From a bacterium (GTDB lineage: Bacteria > SAR324 > NAC60-12): a DNA stretch of 64,000 bases. Shown here one piece after another: positions 10,022 to 21,000 of this stretch (within the stretch, counting starts at the first letter, position 1; each line of letters opens with the position of its first letter). The notes below the pieces were generated by a model, which worked only from the letters and a program-made list of their open reading frames with translations, did not search any database and was not told the origin of the DNA. A program made the position numbers and the translations under genes. Location: contig CBDBHR010000028.1 of assembly GCA_965205865.1 (NCBI GenBank), forward strand, positions 64,001 to 128,000, read 5' to 3'.

Positions 10022-10229
10022 GCTACCTATTTATAAGGGATAAAGTGATTTTCGTTTAAACACTTATTGAGAACTTTGTTTGAAAGAACCCTAGCTCCAA
10101 TTTTGCCTCGTGTCAATCCATAATCCCTGTAAATCCTGTCACGTCGCGCGATCACTGAGATTCCTCGGGGACAGATTTAGTGATCAAGAAAAAATACTCA
10201 ATAAGTACCGAAGTTCGTTGAGCAGATTT

Positions 10230-10574
10230 TTAATAGGGGTCGACTGCTTGCGTCTGGGGAAGTGATTGCGTTTTTTGCCGTTTCCCACGCTCCAGAAGAA
10301 TTTGTTTTTTCAAGCGCAGGATCTCGCTGTTTTGCATCTGGATTTTCAGGCGAAGGCGGGCGTGATAGCTGAAAAAATACACGGTCGAGAATAAGATACC
10401 GGCAGCCAGGGCCAGAAAAATGGGAATAAACACCGGGCGTTCAGAAAAAAAGAAGCCAATATTGATCCAGTCCAGGTAAAACTGCAAGGAGACGGGATCT
10501 TGATTCTGATACGCGAACATCACGCTGGCGACCAAGAAAAAGGACAGGAAAATCAACCAAAAGTAGCGCATCAT
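10230..10574 (-). CDS. LapA-family membrane protein
   Basis: Two TM segments, FAYQNQDPVSL, coiled C-terminus. Confidence 0.65.
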   Translation of the reverse strand: MMRYFWLIFLSFFLVASVMFAYQNQDPVSLQFYLDWINIGFFFSERPVFIPIFLALAAGILFSTVYFFSYHARLRLKIQMQNSEILRLKKQILLERGKRQKTQSLPQTQAVDPY

Positions 10575-10579
10575 CTCGT

Positions 10580-11449
10580 TTATTCCAAAAGATAGCTCAA
10601 ACGGATCCCGGAAGCGATGGGCAGAATTTCTTTCAAAGCGGCTAATCCCAACAACGAATTCAGGGAAAATTCCCTTTCATCGAACTCGATGGTGCGGACG
10701 GCGCCATCCAACCCCAATTCTTCGCCCATGGTCTGGAGCACCTGGGGATAGCTGGCCAACTCATCGATCATTCCCAACGCCCGGGCTCGTTCTCCCGCCA
10801 GAATTCTGCCATCCGCCCATTCCCGTATTTGTTCCTCTTGCGCCTGCTCGCGACCCTGCAGAATGGCTTGAATGAATTGTTCATGCGTGTCATCGACAAG
10901 TTGCTGCAGGATATGCCGTTCCGCTTCCTCTATTTCCCGGAACATCGACATCAGGTCTTTGTTTTGAACACTTTTGATGGTCAGGGTTTTTGCGCCGACT
11001 TTATTGGCAAGGTCCTGAAAATTGAACCATTGCAGCAAAACGCCGATACTGCCGGTGATGGTTCCCGGATTAGCAAAAATCCGGTCTGTCGCGCAAGCAA
11101 TGTAATAGGCCCCGGATGCCGCAATCGAACCCATAGACGCGTAGATGGGCTTGGCCGATTGCAGACGCTTCAGCCTGTCATAAATTTCCTGGGCGGCAAC
11201 GACGCTTCCTCCCGGGCTGTTCAGCCGTACGATCACGCCGAGCACACTGTCGGTGCGCTCCATTTTTTCAATTTGGGCCACGATCGGATCGGGGTCCCGG
11301 ATCACGCCCTGGATTTTAATGACGCCGATGACCCCTTGTTGCCAGAATGCGAAGCGTTCCTGTTGGGTCACGTTCAACAATCCCGTGAAAATCAACAACA
11401 GCGCGAAAAGAATCAGGATGCTGGCAAGAAAAGGGTGTTTTTTCAACAT
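10580..11449 (-). CDS. sppA: Signal peptide peptidase SppA (36K type)
   Basis: RLNSPGGSV, AASGAYYIA, GTITGSIGV. Confidence 0.9.
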   Translation of the reverse strand: MLKKHPFLASILILFALLLIFTGLLNVTQQERFAFWQQGVIGVIKIQGVIRDPDPIVAQIEKMERTDSVLGVIVRLNSPGGSVVAAQEIYDRLKRLQSAKPIYASMGSIAASGAYYIACATDRIFANPGTITGSIGVLLQWFNFQDLANKVGAKTLTIKSVQNKDLMSMFREIEEAERHILQQLVDDTHEQFIQAILQGREQAQEEQIREWADGRILAGERARALGMIDELASYPQVLQTMGEELGLDGAVRTIEFDEREFSLNSLLGLAALKEILPIASGIRLSYLLE

Positions 11450-11463
11450 AAATTACAGTTTCA

Positions 11464-11555
<92 letters not shown>

Positions 11556-11732
11556 GGGTTGCCGTTTCAAGTTCCTCTCGCGGCGACCGGACGCAATTTA
11601 AATCTTCCACAGGCCACGAATAGTGAGGATGAGTAAAACAAGATTGAGAATAATGAACAAGTTGCATTTTCGGATAGCCCCTGATTTTCAGAATACCGGT
11701 ATGCTGTTACTTCCGTCATTCTCCGGATTTGC

Positions 11733-12296
11733 TCACTGCCGGAGAATTTCAATTGGGACGTTTGACGGTAGCGTTTGTTTTGCTGTCTGCGCATTTAAAT
11801 CATTTTTGAAATCAACCCGCGCTTGCAAAAACCAAGGGTCGTACTTATGCGTACGCAAATCGGGAAAGGTCCAGGCAAAATGCCGGTAACCTCCTCTTTC
11901 TTTGAAAAGAGCCATATCAGCCCAAACCTGCTGTCCCAGATAAATTTTATGCCCGCCTGGTTTGCCGGAAAGCAGGATGATTTTATGCATATCCAAATAT
12001 CCGGGGTCCACGTTGACCCGGCGATTGCCATTCACTCGCACAGAGTCTTCCACTTCATTCGCCCATTTCTTCCAGCGGACTACGTCGTCGAGTGCGATGA
12101 GGCCTGCAAAACTGACAAACTGCCGGTACAGGGTCGCGGCCATCTCCGCAGCATAATAATCTGTTTCGTCGAATGGAAAGCAAGCGGATCTCCGCAGAAT
12201 AGATCCTGCTTTTGTGGCAAAGTGACGCAAGGCATTTTCAAAATCCGTCTTCTCGGAAAAAATGAATCCTGCCAGCAATTTACCGTAAAAAACCAT
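11733..12296 (-). CDS. DUF4416-family protein
   Basis: FDETDYYAAEM, RRVNVDPGYL, HKIYLG, WTFPD. Confidence 0.8.
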   Translation of the reverse strand: MVFYGKLLAGFIFSEKTDFENALRHFATKAGSILRRSACFPFDETDYYAAEMAATLYRQFVSFAGLIALDDVVRWKKWANEVEDSVRVNGNRRVNVDPGYLDMHKIILLSGKPGGHKIYLGQQVWADMALFKERGGYRHFAWTFPDLRTHKYDPWFLQARVDFKNDLNAQTAKQTLPSNVPIEILRQ

Positions 12297-12352
12297 TGGA
12301 ACGATTCGAATTCGCGCGCAATTTATAATGAAAGCTCGCCTGAGCATACCAA

Positions 12353-13765
12353 TCAAGCAATTGCCGGTCTGCGTTTCCAACATTGAGTGGCCTGCTCAAA
12401 GGCGAAAGCCATTTGTAACACTCCCAGGTCGTCCCGCGCTCTACCAACAATCTGGATGCCAACCGGTAATCCTTCTTCGGTAAATCCACATGGCACCGAG
12501 ATTGCGGGAAGACCTGTCACGCTGATGTACCAACAGGATTTCATCCAGTCCGTGTATTTTTCCAAAGATACGCCTTCAATCTCATCCACGTAGGGGCGAT
12601 TTACGTCAAAGGGCGGGACTTGACTGACAGGGAGGATAAGAAACTCATAATCTTCCATAAATTCCTGTACGCGGTGATAGAGGTCCGTCTGTTTGACAAC
12701 GGCCCGTCCAATGTCCGGCCCGCTCAGTCGCATGCCGTTTTCTATCTCAAAAACCACGGTATTTTTGATCAATTCCCGGTGGTTCTGCAGATCCCCGCCA
12801 TATTTGAGTTCAAACAACCAGGCACGTTCCGTCCGGAAAATTTCTTCCGCATCCCTGAGATCCGGATGCGCCTCCTCTAGTTGGCAGCCAATTGCTTCAA
12901 ACACGCTTCTCTGCTCCGTAATCGTCTTCTTCACCGCAGAATCGAGGGGAAGTTCTCCCAAATCCAAACTCCAGGCGATGCGCGTGTCTTTGAAATCGCG
13001 TTCGAGTGGCTGTTGGAACAAACTTGCCGGCTCCGTCAAAGCGATTGGTGAACGCGAATCAGGTCCTGCCATAACGCTCATCAACAATGCAACGTCTTCT
13101 ACGGTACGGGCCAAAGGACCTTGCACCGGAATTCTCACCCATGCGGCTTTGCTTGGCCAAATGGGTACCCGACCAGGAGAGGAACGGAATCCCACCACGT
13201 TGCAAAAACTTGCCGGATTGCGCAGGGACCCTCCAAAATCACTTCCATCGGCAATCGGGATCATGCCGCAGGCCAAAGCGACAGCGGCGCCTCCGCTACT
13301 GCCACCGCAGGTTTTGTTCGTATCATAAGGATTGACGGTTGCTCCGAAAACGTCGTTGAAAGTCTGGGAACCCGCGCCAAACTCTGGCGCGTTGGTTTTG
13401 CCAACCGTGATCGCCCCCGCCTTTTTCAATCGCTCGACAATCAACTCATCTTGTTCCGGGACAAAATCCTGGTAAATCCGGGAGCCGAAGGTCGTGCGAA
13501 TTCCTTCAGTCAAGGCCAAATCTTTATGCGCAACCGGAAGGCCGTGCAGGACACCCACTTCTTCCCCGCGGGCAAGCGCCTCATCGGCTTTCGCCGCCTG
13601 CTCCATCGCCTGTTCAGGCAAATAAGTAACAATGGCGTTGACCCGCGGATTCACTTTTTCAATCTGGGCCAGATGGGCTTCCATGTTCTCCCGCGCGGAT
13701 CGCTCCCCACTGCGTATTTGTCGCGCCATCTCTCCGGCAGGAAGAAAACAGGGGTCGCATGTCAT
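12353..13765 (-). CDS. Amidase (amidase signature family)
   Basis: LHGLPVAHKD, GGSSGGAA, GSDFGGSLRNPA. Confidence 0.9.
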   Translation of the reverse strand: MTCDPCFLPAGEMARQIRSGERSARENMEAHLAQIEKVNPRVNAIVTYLPEQAMEQAAKADEALARGEEVGVLHGLPVAHKDLALTEGIRTTFGSRIYQDFVPEQDELIVERLKKAGAITVGKTNAPEFGAGSQTFNDVFGATVNPYDTNKTCGGSSGGAAVALACGMIPIADGSDFGGSLRNPASFCNVVGFRSSPGRVPIWPSKAAWVRIPVQGPLARTVEDVALLMSVMAGPDSRSPIALTEPASLFQQPLERDFKDTRIAWSLDLGELPLDSAVKKTITEQRSVFEAIGCQLEEAHPDLRDAEEIFRTERAWLFELKYGGDLQNHRELIKNTVVFEIENGMRLSGPDIGRAVVKQTDLYHRVQEFMEDYEFLILPVSQVPPFDVNRPYVDEIEGVSLEKYTDWMKSCWYISVTGLPAISVPCGFTEEGLPVGIQIVGRARDDLGVLQMAFAFEQATQCWKRRPAIA

Positions 13766-13769
13766 CTTT

Positions 13770-14561
13770 TTACCGTCCTTTCCACCGAGGAGGACGTTTC
13801 TCGGCAAAAGCCTTGGGTCCTTCGACCGTGTCCTCGGATTCTTGCATTGCTTTGTGTATGGGGAAAACTCTTGTAATCACCTCCGTTAGAGAATAATCCA
13901 TCCCTGCATTCACGGCTTCTTTACTGGCTCGAATCGATAACGGCGCACCTTTCATGATCTCGCCGGCATAGGCTTCGGCCGTGCTCATCAGTTGCTCCGA
14001 AGGCGCTACTTTGTTGACAAAACCGTATTCTCTCCCTTGTTCCGCACCAACCCTGTTGGAAGTAAGCAGCATTTCCATGGCCAGGTGGTAGGGAATCCTG
14101 CGGGGCAGACGGTGCGCGCCGCCCACTGCCGCCATCAAGCCCACTCGCGGTTCCGGGAAACTGAAGAGGGCGTTTTCGGCCGCAATGATGATGTCACAGG
14201 CCAGGGCAATTTCAAATCCTCCTCCAAATGCGAAACCATTGACCGCCGCAATAAAAGGCTTGCTGCAATCATGCCGGTTGGTGATGCCACCAAATCCCCC
14301 TTTCAGGCCTGCCATCAACTCCTTTACTCTGGCCGCTCCGTTCGCCGCCGTGAACTTCAAATCATTGCCTGCGGAAAAAGCGCGGTCACCTGCGCCGGTG
14401 ACAATCATCACCCACTGTTCCGCATCTTCGTCGAATTCATCGATGGCCCTCGACATCTCCCGGCTGATCATCGGGTGGATGGCATTCAACACCTCCGGTC
14501 GATTCATGGTCAAAATTGTAATATGACCCTTTTTTTCAACATTGATAAATTGATGACTCAT
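13770..14561 (-). CDS. Enoyl-CoA hydratase/crotonase (CaiD-like)
   Basis: RAFSAGNDLK, AVNGFAFGGGFEIALACD, PEPRVGL. Confidence 0.9.
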   Translation of the reverse strand: MSHQFINVEKKGHITILTMNRPEVLNAIHPMISREMSRAIDEFDEDAEQWVMIVTGAGDRAFSAGNDLKFTAANGAARVKELMAGLKGGFGGITNRHDCSKPFIAAVNGFAFGGGFEIALACDIIIAAENALFSFPEPRVGLMAAVGGAHRLPRRIPYHLAMEMLLTSNRVGAEQGREYGFVNKVAPSEQLMSTAEAYAGEIMKGAPLSIRASKEAVNAGMDYSLTEVITRVFPIHKAMQESEDTVEGPKAFAEKRPPRWKGR

Positions 14562-14750
14562 TTCTTCTCCTCTCATTTTAAAACTCACTTTCCCGGTATT
14601 TTGCGTTTTCCGCTCGTGTTTGGATAACTTCGTCCCACTGTCCCGCATCATATATCACACGGTTTTTTTTGATTTGACTTGAAAATAAGCTTAGCTTATC
14701 TATCAAAGAAAGCAACGCAATGGAAGAAAATATTATTTCAGAAAAGATGC

Positions 14751-17700
14751 ATGCCCAGAATCTTCGACAACATTGAACAAAAGCTCCGCCCCGTATTGGT
14801 GGAGACCATCAATGCGGCTGACCGGGCCGACTTTTGCGTCGGGTATTTCAATCTTCGTGGCTGGCGCTTGATCGATGAGCAGGTGGAGAAATGGGAAGGA
14901 GGCGAGGGCCGTTGCTGTCGTATCCTTGCCGGCATGCAACGGCTACCGCACGAGGAATTTCAAATGGCCAGCAGGTTCTCCGACGGCCAACCTTCTCTCG
15001 ACAATCAGACGGCACTGCGGCTCAAAAAAAGACTCGCGGAAGAATTTCGAGAGCAATTGACCACCGGCGCGCCCAGTAATGAGGACGAAAAGGGCCTGCA
15101 ACGACTGGCGCGACAACTCGAGGCAAAGAAGGTCGTGGTCAAGTTATTCCTCAAACACACGCTTCATGCCAAGCTCTACCTCCTCTTTCGCTCCGATCCG
15201 ATCAATCCGATCGTGGCATATTTGGGAAGCAGCAATCTCACCCAAGCAGGGCTCTCTCGTCAGGGTGAACTCAACGTCGACGTGCTCGATCATGACGCTT
15301 GTCAGAAGCTTGCCGGGTGGTTTGAAGATCGCTGGAACGAGCATTGGTGCGTCGATATCTCGCAAGAGCTTATTAAAATCATCAAGGAGAGTTGGGCGCG
15401 TGAGGAACTGATTCCCCCCTACCAGATTTACCTTAAGATCGCCTATCACCTCTCACAGGAAGCAAGGGCGGGTCTGTCTGAATTTCGCATTCCCAAAGAT
15501 TTCGGTAACAAGTTGCTCGAGTACCAGACCGCTGCGGTCAAAATCGCAGCGCATCACCTGAACAAACGAGGGGGCGTCATCATTGGTGACGTCGTCGGGC
15601 TGGGAAAAACGCTGATGGCCACCGCCCTGGCCCGCGTGTTTGAAGACGACCATGGATATGAGACGCTGATCATTTGCCCCAAGAATTTGGTTCCGATGTG
15701 GCAGGATTACAGCCAGCAATACCGTATGCGAGCTCATGTGCTGTCGATCAGCCAGGTCATCAACAAACTGCCTGACCTGCGCCGCTATCGACTGGTCCTC
15801 ATCGACGAAAGTCATAATCTGAGAAACCGCGAAGGCAGGCGCTACCGGGCAATTCAGGAATACATCCGGGAAAATGACAGCAAGTGCATCTTGCTCTCGG
15901 CGACACCATACAATAAAACCTATGCGGATCTGTCCAGCCAGCTTCGACTGTTCGTGCCTGAACATGAAAACCTGGGACTTCGTCCCGAACGATTGTTACG
16001 TGACATCGGAGAAACGGAGTTTCATGCCAGGCATCAAGCGCCAGTCCGCTCTCTGGCTGCGTTCGAGCAATCCAATTACGCAGATGACTGGAGAGAACTG
16101 ATGCGTTTGTATCTCGTCCGCCGCACACGCAGCTTCATTCAGGAGAACTATGCCACTACGGACGAGACCAATGGGCGAAAATACCTGACCTTTGAAGACG
16201 GTACGCGGTTCTATTTTCCGACCCGGATTCCAAAGACGGTCCGATTCCACGTCGATGAGCAATACTCCCGGCTGTTCGCAGACGACGTAGTGGAGGCCAT
16301 AAACGGCCTGCAACTGCCGCGCTATGGTTTGGGAAATTATCTCCTTTCGAATCCACGAACGCTTCCCACTGATAACGAGAAGAAGATTCTCGATGACCTC
16401 TCACGCGCCGGTAAACGTCTCATGGGTTTTTGCCGCACCAACCTGTTCAAACGTCTGGAGAGCAGCGGTCACTCCTTTCTGCTGTCGCTCGAACGCCATA
16501 TCCTGCGGAATTACATCTTTCTCCACGCGATCGAGAACGATCTTTCGCTTCCAATCGGCAGCACCAATGCCGGGCTTCTGGATACGCATTCCTTTGACGG
16601 GGACGCGGAAAGGACCACCAGAGATATTTTCGATATGGATGAGGATGATGAAAACGAAGAACCCAAAGCAACGACGAATCTGAAAACCGGGGATGAATTT
16701 CGCCATCATGCCGCTGAAGCCTACGCGCTCTTTGTCGATAAATACAAAAAGCGATTCCGCTGGTTGGCGCCGCATTACTTCGATAAGGAGTTCGGCAAAG
16801 ACCTCATGACTGACGCCACTATTCTCAGTAAACTCCTGCTCCGATTCGGCGAATGGCAGGCGGACCGGGATGCGAAACTCGACGCGCTGGAAAAAATACT
16901 CGTCGAAGAACATCCCATACGCAAAGTGCTCGTCTTCAGCCAGTTCGCCGATACGATACACTACCTGGAAAGACGGCTTCAGGAGCGTGGAGTAACGGAC
17001 CTGGCTGCGGTGACCGGAGACTCTGCGAACCTGACGGAATTGGCATGGCGTTTCAGTCCCAAGAGCAACGGAAAAGAAAATCGCATAGCATCTGACAATG
17101 AACTTCGCATTTTGATCGCCACCGACGTGCTCAGCGAAGGACAGAATTTGCAGGACTGCGCCATTGTGGTGAACTATGACCTGCCGTGGGCCATCATCCG
17201 CCTCATTCAACGCGTTGGTCGCGTGGACCGCATAGGCCAGAAAGCGGAAAATATCCTCTGCTGTTCCTTTCTTCCGGCTGAAGGTGTCGATCGCCTGATC
17301 CGTCTGCGGGAGCGAGTCCGGAAACGTCTCCACCAGAATGCCGAGGTGGTGGGAACGGATGAGGCCTTTTTTGAGGATGAGGACCAACAGAACGTGCTTG
17401 ATCTGTATAATGAAAAGGCTGGAATTCTGGATAATGACGCCGAGACGGACGTCGATCTTTCCTCCTATGCCTATCAAATCTGGCGCAACGCGACGGAAAA
17501 GGATTCATCGCTCAGGAAGATAATCGAGGAAATGCCCTCGGTCGTGTATACCTCGAAGGCATACGAGCAGAAGCCGGAACGGCCCGCAGGAGCGCTGGTC
17601 TATATAAAGACTGCGCAGGGAAACGACGCGCTTACCTGGGTTGACCGCAATGGCAATAGCGTCACCGAGAGCCAGTTCGAAATTCTCCGCGCGGCGGAAT

Positions 17701-18086
17701 GCGCGCCCGGTACCCCGGCCTTGCCTCGTCACCTCGTTCACCATCATCAGGAAAAACAGGTCGGTGGCCAACTCGGCCGCCCCGCGGGAGCCCGCTTCCG
17801 CACTTACGAGCGACTGAAGCAACACGCTGAACGGGTCAAAGACACGTTGTTCGATACCAAGTCCTTGCATCGCGCGATCGAGGATATCTATCGCTATCCT
17901 CTACGCCAGGCCGCGGTGGATGCGCTCAACCGTCAGTTGCGCAGTGGGGTTTCCGACGAAGCTCTTGGCGAATTGGTCGTCACCCTTCGGGATGAAGGTC
18001 GCCTTTGCATTGTCCATGACGAAGACGAACACCAGGAATTGCGCATCATCTGCTCCATGGGACTGACTGAAAAGAACGGGAACTGA
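14751..18086 (+). CDS. PLD-nuclease/SNF2-type helicase fusion
   Basis: LHAKLYL..GSSNLT (PLD), DVVGLGKT, IDESH, SATP, TDVLSEGQNLQ, QRVGRVDRIG. Confidence 0.9.
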   Translation: MPRIFDNIEQKLRPVLVETINAADRADFCVGYFNLRGWRLIDEQVEKWEGGEGRCCRILAGMQRLPHEEFQMASRFSDGQPSLDNQTALRLKKRLAEEFREQLTTGAPSNEDEKGLQRLARQLEAKKVVVKLFLKHTLHAKLYLLFRSDPINPIVAYLGSSNLTQAGLSRQGELNVDVLDHDACQKLAGWFEDRWNEHWCVDISQELIKIIKESWAREELIPPYQIYLKIAYHLSQEARAGLSEFRIPKDFGNKLLEYQTAAVKIAAHHLNKRGGVIIGDVVGLGKTLMATALARVFEDDHGYETLIICPKNLVPMWQDYSQQYRMRAHVLSISQVINKLPDLRRYRLVLIDESHNLRNREGRRYRAIQEYIRENDSKCILLSATPYNKTYADLSSQLRLFVPEHENLGLRPERLLRDIGETEFHARHQAPVRSLAAFEQSNYADDWRELMRLYLVRRTRSFIQENYATTDETNGRKYLTFEDGTRFYFPTRIPKTVRFHVDEQYSRLFADDVVEAINGLQLPRYGLGNYLLSNPRTLPTDNEKKILDDLSRAGKRLMGFCRTNLFKRLESSGHSFLLSLERHILRNYIFLHAIENDLSLPIGSTNAGLLDTHSFDGDAERTTRDIFDMDEDDENEEPKATTNLKTGDEFRHHAAEAYALFVDKYKKRFRWLAPHYFDKEFGKDLMTDATILSKLLLRFGEWQADRDAKLDALEKILVEEHPIRKVLVFSQFADTIHYLERRLQERGVTDLAAVTGDSANLTELAWRFSPKSNGKENRIASDNELRILIATDVLSEGQNLQDCAIVVNYDLPWAIIRLIQRVGRVDRIGQKAENILCCSFLPAEGVDRLIRLRERVRKRLHQNAEVVGTDEAFFEDEDQQNVLDLYNEKAGILDNDAETDVDLSSYAYQIWRNATEKDSSLRKIIEEMPSVVYTSKAYEQKPERPAGALVYIKTAQGNDALTWVDRNGNSVTESQFEILRAAECAPGTPALPRHLVHHHQEKQVGGQLGRPAGARFRTYERLKQHAERVKDTLFDTKSLHRAIEDIYRYPLRQAAVDALNRQLRSGVSDEALGELVVTLRDEGRLCIVHDEDEHQELRIICSMGLTEKNGN

Positions 18087-18087
18087 A

Positions 18088-21000
18088 ATGCCATCACCTT
18101 TCGACCGTAATAAAGTCAGAAAATATCTGCAGGATTTCACTCTCCAATCCCTGTTCATTTGTGAACTCGGCTGGGAGCACGGTGGCGTGGATGCGGAAGT
18201 CTCAGTCGCCGGCGAGACCTTTGCTCTCCAAGCCATTGCCCACAAACGCGGCATGGTCGCCTACCAGTGCATTGCAGAGACCGAAAATACTTTCCCCGAT
18301 TATCCCACTAGGCAGAAGATCGAAAAAGCCGTGGCAAAGATCGTCCACGAGCACATTATCGTCTACGTCTCACACGACCGGAACAGGCACTACTGGCAAT
18401 GGGTGAAGCGTCAACCCGGCCATCCCGGCAGAACGCGCCAGCACACCTATAGATCGGGACAAGCGGGAGAAGCGTTGATTCAAAAGCTGGAGCAAATCGC
18501 CTTCACCTTTGAAGAAGAAGAGAAGCTGACCCTCGTCGACGTATCGGGCCGAGTGCGGGCCGCCTTCGACGTCGAGAAGGTGACCAGGAAATTCTACGAC
18601 CGGTTCAAAAAAGAACACGACGTATTTCTACGATTCATCGAAGGAATCGAGAACGTGGCCGACCGTGCATGGTACGCCTCGCTCATGCTGAACCGCATGA
18701 TGTTCATCTACTTCATTCAGAAAAGGGGGTTTCTCGACAGCGACCCGCACTATTTGAGCAACCGTCTGCAACGCATGCAAACTGAGCAGGGTAGGGACCG
18801 CTTTCAGACTTTCTATCGCTTGTTCCTGTTGCGACTGTTCCACGAGGGACTGGGCCAACCCGAAACCGACCGTTCACCTGAATTAGTGGAACTGCTCGGC
18901 CAAGTCCCATACCTCAATGGCGGTTTGTTCGACGTCCACGATTTGGAGCGCGACAACCCGCAGATACATATCCCCGACATGGCCTTTGCCACCATTTTCG
19001 ACTTCTTCGACGCCTACCAGTGGCATCTCGACGACCGCCCGTTGCGCAACGACAACGAGATCAACCCCGACGTGCTCGGCTATATCTTCGAGAAATACAT
19101 CAACCAGAAGCAGATGGGGGCCTACTACACCAAGGAGGACATCACAGGCTATATCAGCCGCAACACCGTCATTCCCTTCCTTTTCGACCAAGCCGGAAAG
19201 CACTGTCCCATCGCATTCCAACCAGGCGGGGGCGTATGGCGATTGTTGTCGGGCGACCCGGACCGCTATTTTTATGAAGCGGTCCGCCACGGCATCAGCT
19301 ACGATATTCACACAAATGAAGAACTTGCGGACAGGCGCGAACTACCGCCGGAAATTGCCGCCGGGTTGCACGACGTCTCGAAACGAAGCGGTTGGAACAA
19401 GGCGGCTTCACGAGATTTTGCCCTGCCGACGGAGACCTGGCGCGAGCACGTCTCCCGTCGCCAGCACTATGAAACAGTTCACGACAGACTGTCCGCGGGA
19501 GTGGTCTCTTCGATCAACGAACTGATCACCTACAACCTGGACGTCGAGCAATTCGCCCGGGACGTGGTCACCTTAAGCGAGGGGCCCGAACTGGTGCGCG
19601 CCTTCTGGAAGACGCTCAACACGGTCTCCATCCTCGACCCGACTTGTGGTTCCGGCGCCTTCCTATTCGCCGCGCTCAACATCCTGGAGCCCTTGTACTT
19701 CGCCTGTCTGGCCGCAATGCGAGGATTCCTCGACGACCTTGAACGCTCCGGACGCAAGCACCACCCTGAGAAACTGAACGATTTCCGCAAGGTGCTGCAA
19801 CAGGTAGACGCTCATTCCAGCGAATCCTACTTCATTCTAAAATCCATCATCGTCGATAACCTCTATGGCGTGGACATCATGGCAGAGGCCGTGGAAATCT
19901 GCAAATTGCGGCTCTTCCTCAAGCTCGTCGCGCAATTGGAAAGTTACGAGCAGATCGAGCCACTGCCGGACGTCGACTTCAACGTCCGCGCCGGCAACAC
20001 CCTCGTCGGCTTCACTTCCCTGGAGAAGATACGGGAAGCCCTCACCATAACCAGCGACGGTCAACGAAGAATTCTCTATCCTGAGGATGAAGCCGAACTG
20101 CGTCGCCTCGAAGAGGACGCTGAAATCGCCGATCGCGCCTTCCACCGTTTCCGCGAAATGCAAACCGGACACGATATGGATGCCAGCGAATTTTCTGTCG
20201 CCAAATTGGAATTGAGAAAACGGTTGGATGGACTGCGCGAAGAGTTGAACCGCTACTTGGCGAGGGAATACGGTGTGGAGTCCACCGACAAAATTGCCTA
20301 CAAACAATGGCGGGACAGCCACCAACCTTTCCACTGGTTCGTTGAATTTTATGGAATTATGAGCAGCGGTGGTTTTGACGTGATTATCGGCAATCCACCG
20401 TATGTTGCAACGGGAAAGATTCGCAAATCCTACTCGGTGAGGAATATGGAAACTGAGGGCTGCCCCGACGTTTATGCTTGGATACTGGAGCGTACGGCAA
20501 ACCTGCTTAGCGACAAGGGACGTTCCGGAAAGATCGTACCGTTGAGCCTCGGCTTCAGTTCCCAGTTTGATGTTTGCCGAAAATTCCTATTTCGTCATTA
20601 CGAGCAAAATTGGTTCTCATCCTTTGGCAGAATCCCCGATGCTCTATTCAGTTTTAACGTCCGGGTCCGTAATACCGTTCATCTCGGGCACAGATCGGCT
20701 GATCCAAGAGTCTCCTATTCTACGCGCCTCCATCGCTGGTACAAGGAAGCGCGTGCACTGCTATTTGACAACATCCAGTACGTTCGTTTTCAGCCTAAAC
20801 TATGGGATCACCGCGTACCCAAACTGAATACGCAACCGCTTGCACAAGCCTTTGAATCGGCTCTTGAGCGCGGAAAGACGCTGGAACTCACTTTGCAACG
20901 CGTGACAAATCACAAACTGTACTTCAAGCAGACCGCCTACAATTGGCTTACCGTTTGTCGTATACTTCCCCCCTGTTACGAAGGAATGCAACAAGTTCCT

